Position numbers and translations under genes: made by a program. A stretch of 64,000 nt of DNA. Origin: Camelus dromedarius (Eukaryota). The notes below the pieces were generated by a model. It was not told where the DNA came from. It was given only the letters and a program-made list of their open reading frames with translations, and did not search any database. The stretch's first letter is position 1, and each line of letters opens with the position of its first letter. The stretch spans positions 93,312,001-93,376,000 of the forward strand of contig NC_087437.1 of the NCBI RefSeq assembly GCF_036321535.1, read 5' to 3'. This document shows positions 1 to 14,319 of the stretch, piece after piece.

Positions 1-3000
1 TCCTAAATTGTTGAAGTGCTTAAGTAAGTTCAAACTCTGCCTACAGTTGGGGATGGACTTCTAATGCCTTGCCAGGTATTCGATTAACTGCGGCTGATGG
101 TTAGAGTTATTCGGTAATCATTCTGTACCTAGGTTTTGCACATGAGCTCATCAGTATAACGTCTGCAGAGCTGATGCCATGATTGCATGCTCCTGTGTGC
201 CCTACACGGTTAGGCTATAGGATTTGGCTTGAGGGTAGGGAATTCAAATTCTACTAACATACTGAATGAGAGCTTGGGAATGGTTAATGGACATGGAACA
301 TGTCACAAAATGGAAGGAGACATACTACAAGAGGAACCAGGAGGATCTCACAGAAGCCTCAGAATTTTTGTTTGCGGCCGAACCTGAAAATAACATGAAA
401 TACCTGTTATCTGTGTTCCCTCCGAGAGTCAGAGGCTTGGAATGGAACTGGGATCCTCTGAGCAGGAGATTGCCCTGGACATTGAAAGCCAGATGGACAA
501 AGAATATATATATCTTGGGTGAAATGTTAGAAAGATCGAATTAAATGACAGCTTCAGTGCCCTGAGTTAAGAGTCACAAATCAATGTTGTGCAGTGTTGA
601 TCAGAATGAAAGTTGATCGAGTATGATTTAGGGTGCCAGGGTGATTGCAGTGGACAAGACTGGAGTTTTGGCAGTGTGTCTTCATGTGCTGGCAGGTATG
701 TGGTATTTTGGGGTGTTTGTATGTGTTTGGGTGAAAGTTAGTTGTTTTAAGACCTAGGACAATCCTGTGGCTCCTTAGTCTACTAGGAATTCACCTATAT
801 TGCAGATCATGCCATTTAGTCTACTATTTATCTTGTAGAAAACCTAGCTTAGTGCTGCAGAAATGGGCCACTAAATTAGGGTGCCGTGACCTGATTCATG
901 TCAACTGCATATGCATAAGTGCGTAAATATATGTGTGTGCGTATGCGTGTTTGTGCATGTGTTTATTTGTAAGCAATATTAATCTCAGAGAAATCCAGGC
1001 TGCAGAGAAGGTTCCATTGTTTCTGATAGTCCCTGCATCTCCCCTCACGCTGAGGGTAATCCATGTCGCCCAGATAACTTTGAGGTTATCATAATCAGCT
1101 GCAGTAGCTTTAGTGGGTCATTTGTAAATGTCAGAAGCAGGGTCCCAGAATTATAATTAAGCAAAGTTTCCAGACCAGATAACTCTGCTGGTATGTTCAA
1201 TGAGTCTTTTAGTGAATGGGTAAATTTTTTTATGATCAAGGTATGTATCAATGTGGCTGTCCTGTTTATAACTGTAGAGACAAGAAATAGGCAGACACAC
1301 TAAGGCAGCAGTCAAGCTGGGGGAAAAAAGCAGAGGGATTATTACAGACGTCTGGATGGTGTCCTTAGTTCCCCCTTCAGCTATTGAATCTCAGCTGTCT
1401 GCAATCAAGAACTGAGTCACAAAATGGCTTGCATTGTGTTGCTATTTCAGTTTGACAGACCGTCTTTCAGCATGGAAATTGTGAACAATTCACCAGGTTT
1501 TTAAATTTCTGTAAGAAAAAAACATTTAAATGCTGCTAGAACTCTAGCTATAATAGCACTAAGTATAATTCTACAAAAATATTTTTGTAATTGTTTGAAT
1601 ATTCAGTAAAACCTCATTACTTTGAAAAGTAAGGTGCAAACTCCCCTACCACAAGCAGATTTTAAATTAACTATATTCAAGTAAATCAATCATTTTATCA
1701 AAGGAATGTAGGTAATTACTTTGCATAATGTACAATTTAGGGAAAAAAAGACACCTGATTAATTAGATATTTGGAAAAACAGCAGATATTTTGAATGGCT
1801 TGTTCTGCCAAAAAAAAAGTTTTACTGAGTTCTCACTTTCCTGACTGATAAAAATATTTGAATCTGGAAAGATTTTTATGTTTATCAGTGTGCATTATGC
1901 ATATAGTTTTATGTGTGTATTTCTCTCATCTGCACACACAGGTATGTATGTGTAGGATGCACCACATTTTAGTTGGGTATATGGAAATATTTATCCTGGT
2001 TGATTATTTTTCTCAGATTTTAGAATGTTCCTGCTTTCCCTCTTGCAGGAGTCATTTTGGAGAAATGTCTAAAAGGGACCCCAAATGCTTGGGGAATGGA
2101 GGCTCCCTAACACTGAGATACAATGTTGTGTTTATAAAAGCTATGTTTAAAGGTTAGGGATGCTATTTAAAAGGACACCAAGGTGACAGGCTGGTTCCTG
2201 GGAAGTGTGGTAAGCTCTTCGGGCTGCCTGAATGGAGAAGGCAGACAGAAAGAGTAACTTAACCTTATTCTAATCTGTCTCTAATGGAATTCGCAGTGAT
2301 TTTCTTCCTATTTCTTCTCATTGTTTTTCAGCCTAATCACTAATAGGAGGCTGAAATGGAGTCTCTTAATTGTTTTCACTTTTTAAAAATTCCAAACACA
2401 GCTTGAAAATTGTAGTCCTTGCATTTGAGGTTTTTCTTCATTTTGCTCACCTGGCAAGTGGGTTTTTTTGTTTTTTTTGTTTTTTTTGTTTTTTTAAATT
2501 TTAAGTTTGTGGTCTCTTTCATCTACAACTGAAAATAAATCAAAAGTTGTCTCACTCAGGAATTATCTAAAGTAAATAAATAAATAAACAAGACTAATAA
2601 TTGACTAGGTTGTTGAACCAGCTAAAGTGGAAAAGAAATTATTCAAGTTCTAAACCTTTCTACTTGCAAATTAGCCAAAATCAATTGCATTTTAAGCGTT
2701 GCATCACCTTGATTGATTTTAAAATGGATAGCACTTCGCTGTTCACATTTATGGTGAGCCGTGAAGGACTTGGCAATGGGCATCTTTCCTACCGTGGTCT
2801 GCATTCTGCTTTTTAAATAGCTTCTGCTTAATGTTGAACAAACTTTACTGCAGAATGCAGTCTGGTTTTTCTGGAAGGTTGAAATATATTCTTCAGATTT
2901 CATTATTTGTGTGCAGCATTCTTATTTTCCTTAGATTTCCTAACAGGTTCTAATTAACTCCTTTAAGCCAGAAGAAATATTTTTGAAATTTTAGGGTTAA

Positions 3001-5918
3001 ATTAGACATTGACAAGTTGAAATATGGTAAAGGGAAATGAGTTAAAGCCTAAAATTTATATAACTATAAAAAGAAGAGGTGGTGAAAATCACTGGTTTTT
3101 AAATCAAAAGATGAGGATTTGAACACTGGTATGGGGGGCATCTTTGTGACCTTGGACAAGCTTCAGACATCCCCTTCCCTTTCTAATTTTGTCTTTAAAA
3201 CAATACAAGCTTTTCTAGTGAACTAGTTTGATAGTACTAGGCATATTGGTGGCAATCAGTAAATTCAGTTTTTCTTCCTTAAATGAAAACCAGGACACTT
3301 AATAAATTAAATGGATAATTAATTATATGTTTAGAGTCTCTTACATTTTCCCCTTTCCTTTACCTTTTGTCACTTCTTCTGTAAACTCCATTTCCTAAGA
3401 GAGCATGGAATTACCTCCAACTATATTGCCATGTAATTTTATCTTCAACTATACTGCCAAGCACATATATTAAAAACAGAAACTTAGGGATTATACATTA
3501 TTCTAGTGGTAATAAGTGGTAATTACTATGGTTATAATTGATGGAAATTGTCTTGGTTATATAGACTAAATAGAAGAACCTATATTTTGTGTTTTGGGTA
3601 CATATAAAATACTTAGATAATGTTGATTTACTAGAGCTGGGGATGTTTGTAGAGATAAGAACACTTGTGGCTATTTTGCTAGAATATCTCCTGAAGAATA
3701 TACATTTTGTACACTGGGAGAAAAGTTAGACAGGCCACAGTTTAAGTATGTAATATCATTTCTAATGATTAATCACTTATAAATATTGATAATCCAGCTT
3801 ATTTTAAAAGACACTCTCTTGGCTGAGCTAGAATTTTAATTTGCAAAAATTGGCTGGAAACAAACATTGATAATTAGTTTCTAGTTTGCATAAGCTTTGC
3901 TTTGCAAATATTTGCTCTTCTAAAGAGTTAGCAAGGGAGTTTGCATATGTGCAAGGATTTGTGGGCAGTAACAGTAAACTCATTATGACTTTGGTAACTG
4001 CTGTCATGTATTTTACATGGGGCTTCACATTTGATAGGATCCACCTGCTTCTACTGATCTCCAAGCAATCCAAGTTCGACACTTTGGGGAGCCAGTTAAC
4101 TTTCTCTAAGAAAATATATTCTCACCTGATCATCCATGTTCCCAGGAGGCACTTTTTTGTTTGCAATCATAGCTTTTAAAAAGAGAGTTCAAGCTGCATT
4201 TGGAATCTTGAATAAAGATTTTTCCCCCTTCACATTCACTCTGATTTACTTAATAAAAATCACATTAGTTGGAAATAGATTCAGTTTTAAATGCAGAAAT
4301 AAAACATTCTTGCTGAAGTTTCAGAGGTGAGGCCTCCAACAGCATTTAAGAATAAGCACCCCTGGTGTTTCTGGGTAACTCAGACGATCTCATCTTGACA
4401 TAAACTGTTCTAGAGCCAGGTTATCCAAAGTGAGGCAGGTTTGCCACAGAGAGGTTGATACCAGAAGAAAATACCAGAACTCATATTGCTATATAGTTTT
4501 ATATACTTTCTCTCTCTTTATTTTTATACATTTTGTCATCGTTCATTGACATCTTTATATTTGTTTTATAATAATATAGTATATCCGGCAGTGTTGCATT
4601 TATGAAATTTATAAAAAATGAAATGGATATTGGGGAGTGTGTTCATTGTTTTAAACAATACGTAAAATTAGAAAAATAAAAAGGTTTGGCCATCTGTGAT
4701 TTTGACAGTCTTCTCTGTTTACTGTATTGTTTGCTAGATTTTTCTATCCAGAGAATGCTGACAGACACCAAACGGGAGAATGAATTTCCATGCACCAGAC
4801 ACTGAGAGCATTTTCTGGTACCTAGCATCCCAAGGGCCTCCAATAGAAGGTGCAACCTAGTTCAGGTGTTTTCTAAACCCTCCTCTTCATTTTCCATCTT
4901 TGAAAGAGATCTAGTATAAAAATAGTGCAAAATCAAAGGTGATGGTGGCGTGAAATATTTTTTTGTCAGTAGAATTTGTGTCTGAACACTCCATGCACAT
5001 CCACTCTTTTCTAGTGAGCTTAGTAATGTTCTATCAGATCATCTGAGATTATGTTTTTGCCTCATTGGCAGCTAAGTATCCTAGAAATTGGGTTTCACAA
5101 TGTCAGAGAAGCATGGTGGGAAGGATAATACTTAAGATTTTGATCACTGACGTTTCTTTGTCTATTTTGGCTACCCTCACCCTGGTAGTTCAATTGGAGC
5201 CTCTACTCTGTGAGCACAGGTTACTTTCTCAGCCTGGAACATACATCCTTGGCCTGGCTAAGATAGGCTTCCATGACCCCATGAGAATGGGTGCATGCCA
5301 CCTCTATGTAGTCACCTAATGCTTGAAACTTACTGCCACAATATGTCATTCTTCCTTTCATCTGTTTTGTTTAAAATTTTCTTCTTTATGTTTTATATTT
5401 TTTCATTCACATTTTTTATACATCTGGAATTTGTTTCTAGCAGCTTTATTGAGGTATAATAGACCTACAAAACAATGCACACATTTGAGAAGCATAAATT
5501 GGTAAGTTTGATGTACGTGTACACCTGTGAATCCATCACCTGAATCAAGATTATGACCCTATTCATCACCCCCCGAAGGTCCCTCTGTCCCTTTTGTAAA
5601 CCTTTTCTTCTGCACGTTCCCTTCCAGCTCAGGAAGCCTTTGGTCTGCTTTCTTTCATTTTAGTTTTCATTTCATAGACTTTTATAGTAATAGGATCATA
5701 TAGTATGTATTTATTTTTCTGGCTTCTTTCATTCAGCCTAATTATCTTGAGATTCATCAATAATGTTATGTGAATCAATAGATTATTTCTTTATATTTCA
5801 AAATAAGACTATTGCATGAAATACCACAATTTATTTAGCCATTTACCTGATAGTTGTCCACAAATATTAGCTATTAAAAATAAAGCAGCCAGTAAATATT
5901 CATGTATGAACTTTAAAT

Positions 5919-5920
<2 letters not shown>

Positions 5921-5957
<37 letters not shown>

Positions 5958-5969
5958 CACACACACACA
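5921..5969. repeat. (TA)n/(CA)n microsatellite
   Basis: Direct inspection. Confidence 0.95.
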
Positions 5970-6424
5970 TGTAGTTGTTGCATAAATGCTTAACATGATA
6001 TGTACCCTATTAAATTTCTGTGCGGATAAAATATTCTTAGCGATAGGGTTGATATTGTACAGCTGATCTCTAGAATTTATTCATCTTGCAAAACTGAGAC
6101 TTTATACCATATGTTTTCATTTTTTTGGAGGAATAATTAAGATTTAAATGACTGGATAATAAGGTAGTATTTATTTGATTTTTTTAAAAAATAAAATCGC
6201 CAAACTATTTTTGAAAGAGGTTTTATGATTTTTCATTCCCACCAGCAGTGTATGAGATTTTCAGTTGCTCTACATTTTCAGCTACTCTAATTACAGTCAG
6301 TCTTCTTAATTTTAGACATTTGAGTGGGTGTGTAGAGGTATCTCACTGAAATTTTAGTTTGTATTAAATGCCTAAAGACTAAAAATATTGAAATTTTAAA
6401 AAATTCTTTTTAAAATTCTTTAAA

Positions 6425-9148
6425 ATTTTTTCTATGGAAGTATAGTTGATTTACAATGTGTTAGTTTCTAGTGTACATCAAAGTGATTCAGTTATATATA
6501 TTATACATTATATATACATATATATATATAAACATAGATTCTTTTTCATATTCTTTTTCATTATGGTTTATTATAAAATATTGAAAATGGTTCCCTGGGC
6601 TAACCTTCTTATTGTTGATCTATTTTATATATACTAGTTTGTATCTGCTAATTCTAAACTCCTAATTTATCCCTCCTCCCTTTCCCCTTTGGTAACCATA
6701 AATTTCTTTTCTATGTCTGTGAGTTTGTTTCTGTTTTGTAAGTAAGTTCATTTGTTTCACAGTTTCAATTCTGCATATGTGATATATAGTGTTTATCTTT
6801 CTCATTCTGATATGTTTCACTTAGTATTATAATTTCTAGGTTCATCTATGTTGCTGCAAATGACATTACTTCATTCTTTTTTATGGCTAAGTAGTGTTCC
6901 ACTGTATGTATATACCACATGTTCTTTATTCAGTCATCTGTCAATGGACATGTAAGTTGTTTCCATGTTTTAGCTATTATAAATAGTGCTGCTTGTTCAC
7001 TGAGGTTCATGTATCTTTTCAAATTAGAGTTTTCTCCAGATGTATGCCCAGGATTACTAGATCATATGGCAACACTATTTTTATGTTTTAATGACTATCC
7101 ATACTGTTTTCCATATTGGATGCAACAATTTATATTCCTGCCAACAGTGTAGGAGGATTCCTTTTTCTCCACACACTCTCCAGCATTTGTTATTTGTAGA
7201 CATTTTAATGATGGCCATTCTGACTCATGTGAGGTGGTACCTCATTGTAGTTTTGATTTACATTTCTCTAATAATTAGTGATTTTGAGCATCTTTTCATG
7301 TGCCTATTGGCCATCTGTATGCCTTCACTGGAGAAATGTCTGTTTAGGTCTTCTGCTCATTTTTGGTTTGGGTTGTTTGTTTTTTCATTATTGAGTTTTG
7401 TGAGCTGTTCGTATATTTTGGAAATTAAGCTTTTGTTAGTCATATCATTTGCAAGTATTTTCTCCCATTCTGTGGGTTGTTTTTTCATCTTGTTTATGGT
7501 TTATAAGTTTGATTAGGCCTCATTTGCTTATTTTTGCTTTTATTTTTATTGCCTTGGGAGACTGACCTAAGAAAACATTGCTATGATTTATGTCAGAGAA
7601 TGTTTTGCCTATGTTCTCTTCTAGAACTTTTATAGTCTCATATTTTATATTTAAGTCTTTACACCATTTTGAGATTACTTTTGTGAATGGTGTGAGGGAA
7701 TGCTCTAACTTCATCGATTTACATTCAGCTGTCCAACTTTCCCAACACCACTTGCCAAAGAGACTGTCTTCTCCACTGTATATTCTTGCCTCTTTTGTCC
7801 AACATTAATTGACCATAGGTGTGTAGGTTTACTTCTAGGCTCTTTATTCTGTTCCATTGAGCCATAAGTCTGTTTTTGTGCCAAAACCACGCTGTTTTGA
7901 TTACTGTAGTTTTGGAGTATTGTCTGAAGTCTGGGAGGGTTATGCCTCCAGCCTCCTTTTTTTCCTTCAGTATTGCTTTAGCATGTCTGGGTCTTTTATG
8001 GTTCCATATAAATTTTAGGATTATTTGTTCTAGTTCTGTGAAAAATGTCCTAGGTAATTTGATAGGCATTGCATTAAATCTGTAAATTACTTTGGTAGTA
8101 TGATCATTTTAACAATGTTAATTCTTCCAAGCCAAGGACATGTGATTTATTTCCATTTCTTTGAATCATCTTCAGTTTCCTTTGTCAATGTTTTATTGTT
8201 CTCAACATATAAGTCTTTTACCTCCTTGGTCAGGTTTATTCCTAATTACTTTGATTTTTTAATGGGAGTTTAAAAGGGATTTTTTTTTTCCACTTTCCCT
8301 TTCTGATATATCATTGTTAGTGCAAAGAAAAGCAACAGATTTCTGTATATTAATATTGTGTCCTGTTACCTTGCTGAATTCATTTATCAGTTCTAGTAGT
8401 TTTTGTGTGAAGCCTTTAGGATTTTCTATATATAGTATCATGTCATCTCCATTTAATGACAATTTTACCTCTTCTCTTCCAATTGGATATCTTTTATTTC
8501 CTTTTCCTGTCTGATTGCTGTGGCTAGGACTTCCAATACTATATTGAATAGAAGTATTGAGAGTTGACATCCTTGTCTTGTTCCAGATTTTAGTGGAAAG
8601 GCTTTCAGCTTTCCACCATTGAGTATTATGTTGACTGTGGGTTTGCTATGAACAGTTTTTATTATGTTGAGATATGTCCCCTCTATACCCACTTTGGTTA
8701 GAGTTTTTATCATGAATGGATGTTGAATTTTACCAAATTTTTTTTTCTGCATCTGTTGAGATGATCATGTGGTTTTTGTCTTTTCTTTTGTTGATATGGT
8801 ATATCACATTGTTGATTTGTGTATGTTGAACCACCCTTGTACCCTGGGGTGAATCCAACTTGATCATGGTGTATGATCACTTCTATGTGTTTTTGGATTC
8901 AGCTTGCTAATATTTTATTGAGAATTTGGTACCTATATTCATCAAAGATATTGGCCTGTAATTTTCTTTTTCAGTAGTGACTGTCTGGTTTTGGTGGTAC
9001 CAGGGTGATGGTGGCTTCATAGAATGAGTTTGGGAGTGTTATCTCCTCTTCAATCTTTTGGAAGAGTTTGAAAAGGGTAAATATGAGTTCTTCTTTGTAT
9101 GTTTGTTAGAATTCTCCAGTGAAGTGATCCAGTCCTGGACTTTTATTT
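6425..9148 (-). mobile_element. 5'-truncated LINE-1 (~2.7 kb; RT to 3'UTR), cetartiodactyl-type 3' end
   Basis: Minus-strand ORF fragments match L1 ORF2 ([51 protein letters not shown]). 3'UTR GAAGTATAGTTGATTTACAATG follows a decayed poly(T). Confidence 0.95.
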
Positions 9149-10494
9149 TTAAATCTGCTTAATTACTATTCTTACATCTTTGATGAAGTGTGTATTAAAA
9201 TACTTTGCCCAATTTTGTTTTGTTTTATATGTTTTGTTATTATTGACTTTTGAGAATCCTTTATATTTTCTGGATACACATCCTTTGTCAGATATGTGAT
9301 TTGCAAATATTTCAACCAAGCTTCAACTTGTATTCTATCTCTTAACAGTATTTTTCAAAGAGCAGAAATTCTTAACTTTGTCAAAGTCCAATTAATCATT
9401 TTTTAATAAATGGTGATTTTAATATTATGTTTAAAACTTTTTGCCTAACTGAAGATGACAGCAGTTTTCTGTATTCCTTGTAAAAGTTTTATAATTTAGG
9501 TTTTACATTTAAATCTATGGTCCATTTTGAGTTAGTTTTTGGTATCCATCAAAGTTCTTTTTTAAAAATATAGATGTTTAATTTTTCTAGCAATGCTTAT
9601 TGGAGGGACCATCCATTTTCCAGTGTATTTTCTTTATACTTTTGTCAAAGATCTATTGACCATGCATCTATGGGTCTATTTCTGAATTCTCTATTTTGTT
9701 CTATAAGCCCTTGGGAAAAGAAAAAAATGTCTTTTATCAGTGTGTATCTATGACTTGGCATAATATCTGGAACATAAGCTCTATTCATTGCTAAGTGAAG
9801 TCACTAATGATGGACACACATGCCTACATAATTACAGAAAGAAACCAATCTTGTCAAAGTGTGATCTTTTTCCTGTCTACCTCTCTGACTTAATTATTTT
9901 CAAATTTGCTCCCAAGAATCATTGAAATTTTATAGAGGTGCCTCAGGGGATATAGGGATTTGAGGAAAGGAATATGGACAAGGTTCCAATCCCATTTGCT
10001 CCACCTTATTTATATATTGAGTTTCAATATAGGATTTATTACAAAGAATAGTTTTAATGACTTATACAAAAGTATGAAAAATAATTACCTTAATATACTG
10101 CCTTTCCCTTAGTTATTTATATTTAACAGATTACTTAAGAAGCCCCTTTAAGAACTTAAAGTACACAACATCTAATTGTGAAATGACTTAGTGTTTTACT
10201 GGTGATTTGCAAGATTTGGGGGCAAAAGGGCTTCCTGGTATCCTTTGAATTATACCACATAGATAAATACTCTCACTAATAATAAAAACTCAAGTGTGTT
10301 TCTTAAAAAGGAAAATGATGTATGGATTTTCTGTGACTGAATATTGTGTTGAATGAAAGACAAATTAATAATTTGTTTATTTTCTTTGGAACAATGATAA
10401 ATGACAGAAGAATTTGCCACTCTGTGTTCAGAATGGATTGCAGTAAGTAAGATGAGCAAATCATTCCATAAGAAATCAGTTTAAAAAAAATGTT

Positions 10495-10615
10495 ACCTAT
10501 AATAAAAAGACTATGAAAACAAATATATGTACATATATGTATGACTAAAACATTATGCTTTACACTAGAAATTGACACAACATTGTAAACTGACTATACT
10601 TCAAAAAAAAAGATG
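10495..10615 (+). mobile_element. Very short L1 3' end with poly(A)
   Basis: AATTGACACAACATTGTAAACTGACTATACTTCAAAAAAAAA. Flanking direct repeat AAAAAAATGTT at 10484-10494 and 10616-10626. Confidence 0.85.
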
Positions 10616-12479
10616 AAAAAAATGTTGCAAAATTATTCTAATCTTTCTTATATAGAAAGCTGGAAGATGGGAGAGAAAAAGCCATTTCTGGAGAAAAAAA
10701 TTACATATCAGAAGGAAGATTATTCAAATTGTGTGTAAAGAGGAATTTGTATAAGACCAGGGCTATACTCAGCTATCCAAAGTTTGCCTGATGCCAGATG
10801 CTGGCTAGAATTTTGGTGCCATTTTTGTTTTAGCTAGTGCTTATTTCAACTACTTATTTTTTGTATGCTGCCTGTTATGTAGTAAAATGTGACCATTGGG
10901 AAATATGATACCTCTGCTATTACTATTTGATAATGAAAGATTTGCTAAAATAAAAGAATCTTTAAGTATCAGTAACTTATTTCAAATTTTCCTCAGAAAG
11001 ACACTCACACTTGTGATGTTTGTTTGTTTGTTTTCCTGCTCAACATCAATGACCTACATAGGCCACTGGCCTGGGCTTAAGGGGAAAAAAAGCATTTTAT
11101 CACAAAAGTCAATGATAGCTTTTGACATCTGTGCTAGATCCATTTCCTACCTGCTGTGCTTAATTTCAGAATTCAGTTCTATCATTAAAATAAAAACATT
11201 GTTGGCTCTTCCATCGATGTGTCACATTACATCAATTTTCTCCAAGAATCATGTACAATTTCTAGGTTCCAGTGCCTCCTGGACTTGCTTGGAATTTCAG
11301 ATCTTGTTACCCTGCTGTACGAATTGATCTTGTGCCTTGTGAGATGACATGTGAACTTGGAAATACATTGTTTCTTGACTCTTTTCCACAACTCAAGCCC
11401 TGGAATGACCTATTTTTCCTACATCTTTGCTGGGCTTACTTGTGATTCCTTGCTCATCCCATTAAGACTGTCCTTACACTGGGAGAGGACTGATTGACTG
11501 ATCATTTGGTTTGTGCAAGGTGATGTCTCCTTCAAAGCCTTCTATCATGGACAAAGTGGGTCTGGACGTGCAGGCTGCGTACATATTTCTAATGTTATCC
11601 TCCGTCATGTTCTGTCTCTTAAATGTTGGTTTTAAATAGCAGAGAATATTAACTCAGAGGCATTAATTAGTAGCTGAATGACACACATTCTATGTCAACA
11701 TCATTAAGAGTCTGTTGCTAGCAGAATTACTGATGCTAAGGTTTTGATAGTAATAAGAGGTGCAAGACATACCTCTGACCTTGGAAAAGTTGTAACTAGG
11801 AGATTTGGGGTGCTGTAAAGAAGAGACACACATTTCCTTGAGAGAGACAGAGGCAATATTCTCTTTTACTGAGTCTGCTTTGCAGCTACTCCTAATAAGT
11901 TTACTTCTGAGGACATGTTTACTAGTTTTCCAGTTACACAGAAGACAGTTGCTATATATTCTTTATTTCCAGTTCCCTCTTTGACCATGGTAGCTCCATT
12001 CATTCTTGACCCTAAGGCAGAAAGATGGGTGGCATCATACAGTCACCAGGTGACTAGACTATGTCGTTTTTTACATTGATAAACATATCTTGTGGCCATC
12101 TTGTCTTTTTTTTATTTCTATGGCTATAGTTTTCTTTTCAGAGCATTATCTGAACATCTGCAATAGACTTCCCGATTTTTCTCTTTCTCTCCTCCCTCTA
12201 CAGTACCCATGGAGAGATTTATGTAAAGGGTAAATATCATGTTACTTCCCTGATTGAAAATCTTTGAGGCTTCCCGTCACATAGTACTGTCCTTGGGAGT
12301 GGGAAAGGGTAAGGAGAATGTGTACAAACCTTGCCAAGTGATTCAGGCACGTGCCGCTCTTCTTGGATTGATAATCGATGATCTACAAGATAATAATATC
12401 TAACAATTATATCAGAGAGTGTTTTAAATATTCTATATGTATTTACCCATTTAAAGTTCACAGATACCTTATAGTATAG

Positions 12480-12605
12480 GTACTCTTTTTAGGTCCATTT
12501 TATAGGTGAAGAAACTCAGGCCTAGCAAGGATAAGTAATTTCTCCAAGATGATAAAACTCATGAGCAAATTTGAGATATTGTAGATCTCAGGACTCAGCT
12601 TCTAA
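12480..12605 (-). mobile_element. MIR SINE relic
   Basis: CCATTTTATAGGTGAAGAAACTCAGGC...AAGTAATTT core motif. Confidence 0.65.
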
Positions 12606-13919
12606 GCTCGTTATCTTGCTCCCTCAAGACAGAGGGCTAGTTTCTTGCTTCTGTCTATGTAATTATTAGTGATTTGTGTGGAATATCTGCTTCACTCTTC
12701 ACCTCTAGCCCTCCAGTCTTTTAAAACCCCTTAGTGTCTTCTTTGAAATTCCTTTCTGTTAGGACTAATTTAGTTGTAAAATAAGCATAAATATTTTAAA
12801 TTCTAGAATGATTTATAGTAAGTAGTAAGTAATGAAAATCCAGGGAAAATAACATTAAAATAAAATAATTTCTCATCTACCTAAACATCTTAGATGTGAA
12901 CCCAATTAAAGGTAAGGGAGTCATTAAGGAACATGCCAGTGGGATATAGGTGTTGGCAAAATATACAAAAAACTGAGTAATATTATATATTCTGGGAGTC
13001 AGAATCTTTCAGAATTCTCTCTCCAGCAAATGGTGATTGAATTATCCAAACAAAGGTTAAAATAAAAACTTTCCTAGAAGAGGTAACTCTTTGACTTAAG
13101 TTCTCTAGGAGGTAAATTACTGATAATTCAGGAGGTATTTGGTCGTATGCAATAAATCAGAGGAGGACAATCCATCCTCTGAAGAAGTAAGATGAAAAAA
13201 CCTCAAGACTTTCCACATCCTTGAAACTATGATTCTATGGTTGGCAAAAAAATAGTTCCATTGCTAAAAATGGAACTTTCAATGCTATTGTATGACATAA
13301 AGGAACTTGTTAAGAAGGGAGTGGTATAATACCTTCTTAATCATTTTACTGGTCATATGACTATCCTCTCAATGTTATGATGATTTTTTTCAAGCATCTC
13401 TTTTCTTAAACCTCTAGAGTTACAAATCACTCTACACTGGCCACTTGTGTTGAAACATTTAGAGGAAGGATCACACACAAGAAAGATACGTTTGCATTTG
13501 CGTATTATCTAAAGCAACATTAAACACATTTGTGAATTTATGTAAAAAGTGGGGAAAGATATTTCTAGGAAGTAGGAAGTAATAAAAACTAATAATTAAG
13601 TACCCATTGTTACTGCTTCTTAAAACAGGCTAAATGAAGTTTCATTGACAGTCTCTTTCATGCACACATGCACCACACTTTTTGTCGTGTTGCCCAATTT
13701 ATTAATTTAGAGAATGTAAAATATTAATAAGGAGATCATTGGATCACAGTCATACTTTCTTCCCTGTAACTCTCCTTACCCCAATTAAAAATAACGTTGT
13801 TTCCCTTTGATTTCATCTGTGATTTTCAAGAATATCATCATCATGACTGGGGAAGAACCACTGTACTACCTTCTCTTGTAGAGTAGTTGGGCTTAGTGTG
13901 CTGATTTTTAAAATTTTTT

Positions 13920-14220
13920 AAAGTTTTGTTGAGATATAACTTCATACCATAAATTTGCTTAAGTGTACAGTTTATATGCCTTTAAGTGTAGAGTTCAGTA
14001 AATTTTAGTATAGTCACAGAGTTGTACAACCATCATCGTAATCTAATTTTAGAATATTTCTATCACTTTACAAAGAAAACTCTTGCCCACTTACAGTCAC
14101 TCCTCATTCCTACCCACAGCCGTGGGTGACAACTCATCTACTTTCTGTCTCGGTATATTTTGTCTGCCTATATTTGCTTTTATTGGACATTTCATGTAAG
14201 TGGAATCATAATATATGCTC
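13920..14220 (-). mobile_element. Old L1 (L1MB-like) 3' end fragment
   Basis: TTGAGATATAAC...CACAGAGTTGTACAACCATC...GGACATTTCATGTAAGTGGAATCATA. Confidence 0.8.
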
Positions 14221-14319
14221 CTGTAAGGCATTATAGAGGGAGTTGAGAGAGAAATCTTAAAAGCCATCTCTGTTCCCTAAGATGAATATCTTCCATACCA
14301 TTTGCACTTTTTAACTCTT

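Larger units (their letters stand above)
5440..9705 (-). mobile_element. Old L1 (L1MB/L1MC-like) 3' fragment, interrupted by younger insertions at ~5960-6108 and 6425-9148
   Basis: Antisense L1 3'-end motif GCTTTATTGAGGTATAAT...CCATCACC at ~5442. Degenerate ORF2-end sequence at 6110-6390 resumes at ~9150-9705 (CCTTTGTCAGATATGTGATTTGCAAATATTT). Confidence 0.75.

Noticed and set aside
266..544. 92-aa ATG ORF
   Set aside because: No recognisable domain, and the length is compatible with chance. At most a uORF if the region is a 5' exon.
7091..8085. Hydrophobic plus-strand ORFs (e.g. 141 aa)
   Set aside because: Antisense frames of L1 ORF2, a common artefact.
10896..11327. 143-aa ORF
   Set aside because: Non-ATG start, low-complexity AT-rich codons and no splice or domain support.
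12180..12235. Acceptor-like CCCTCTACAG with nearby GG|GTAAAT (26-nt micro-exon)
   Set aside because: Such motifs are frequent by chance and there is no independent support.
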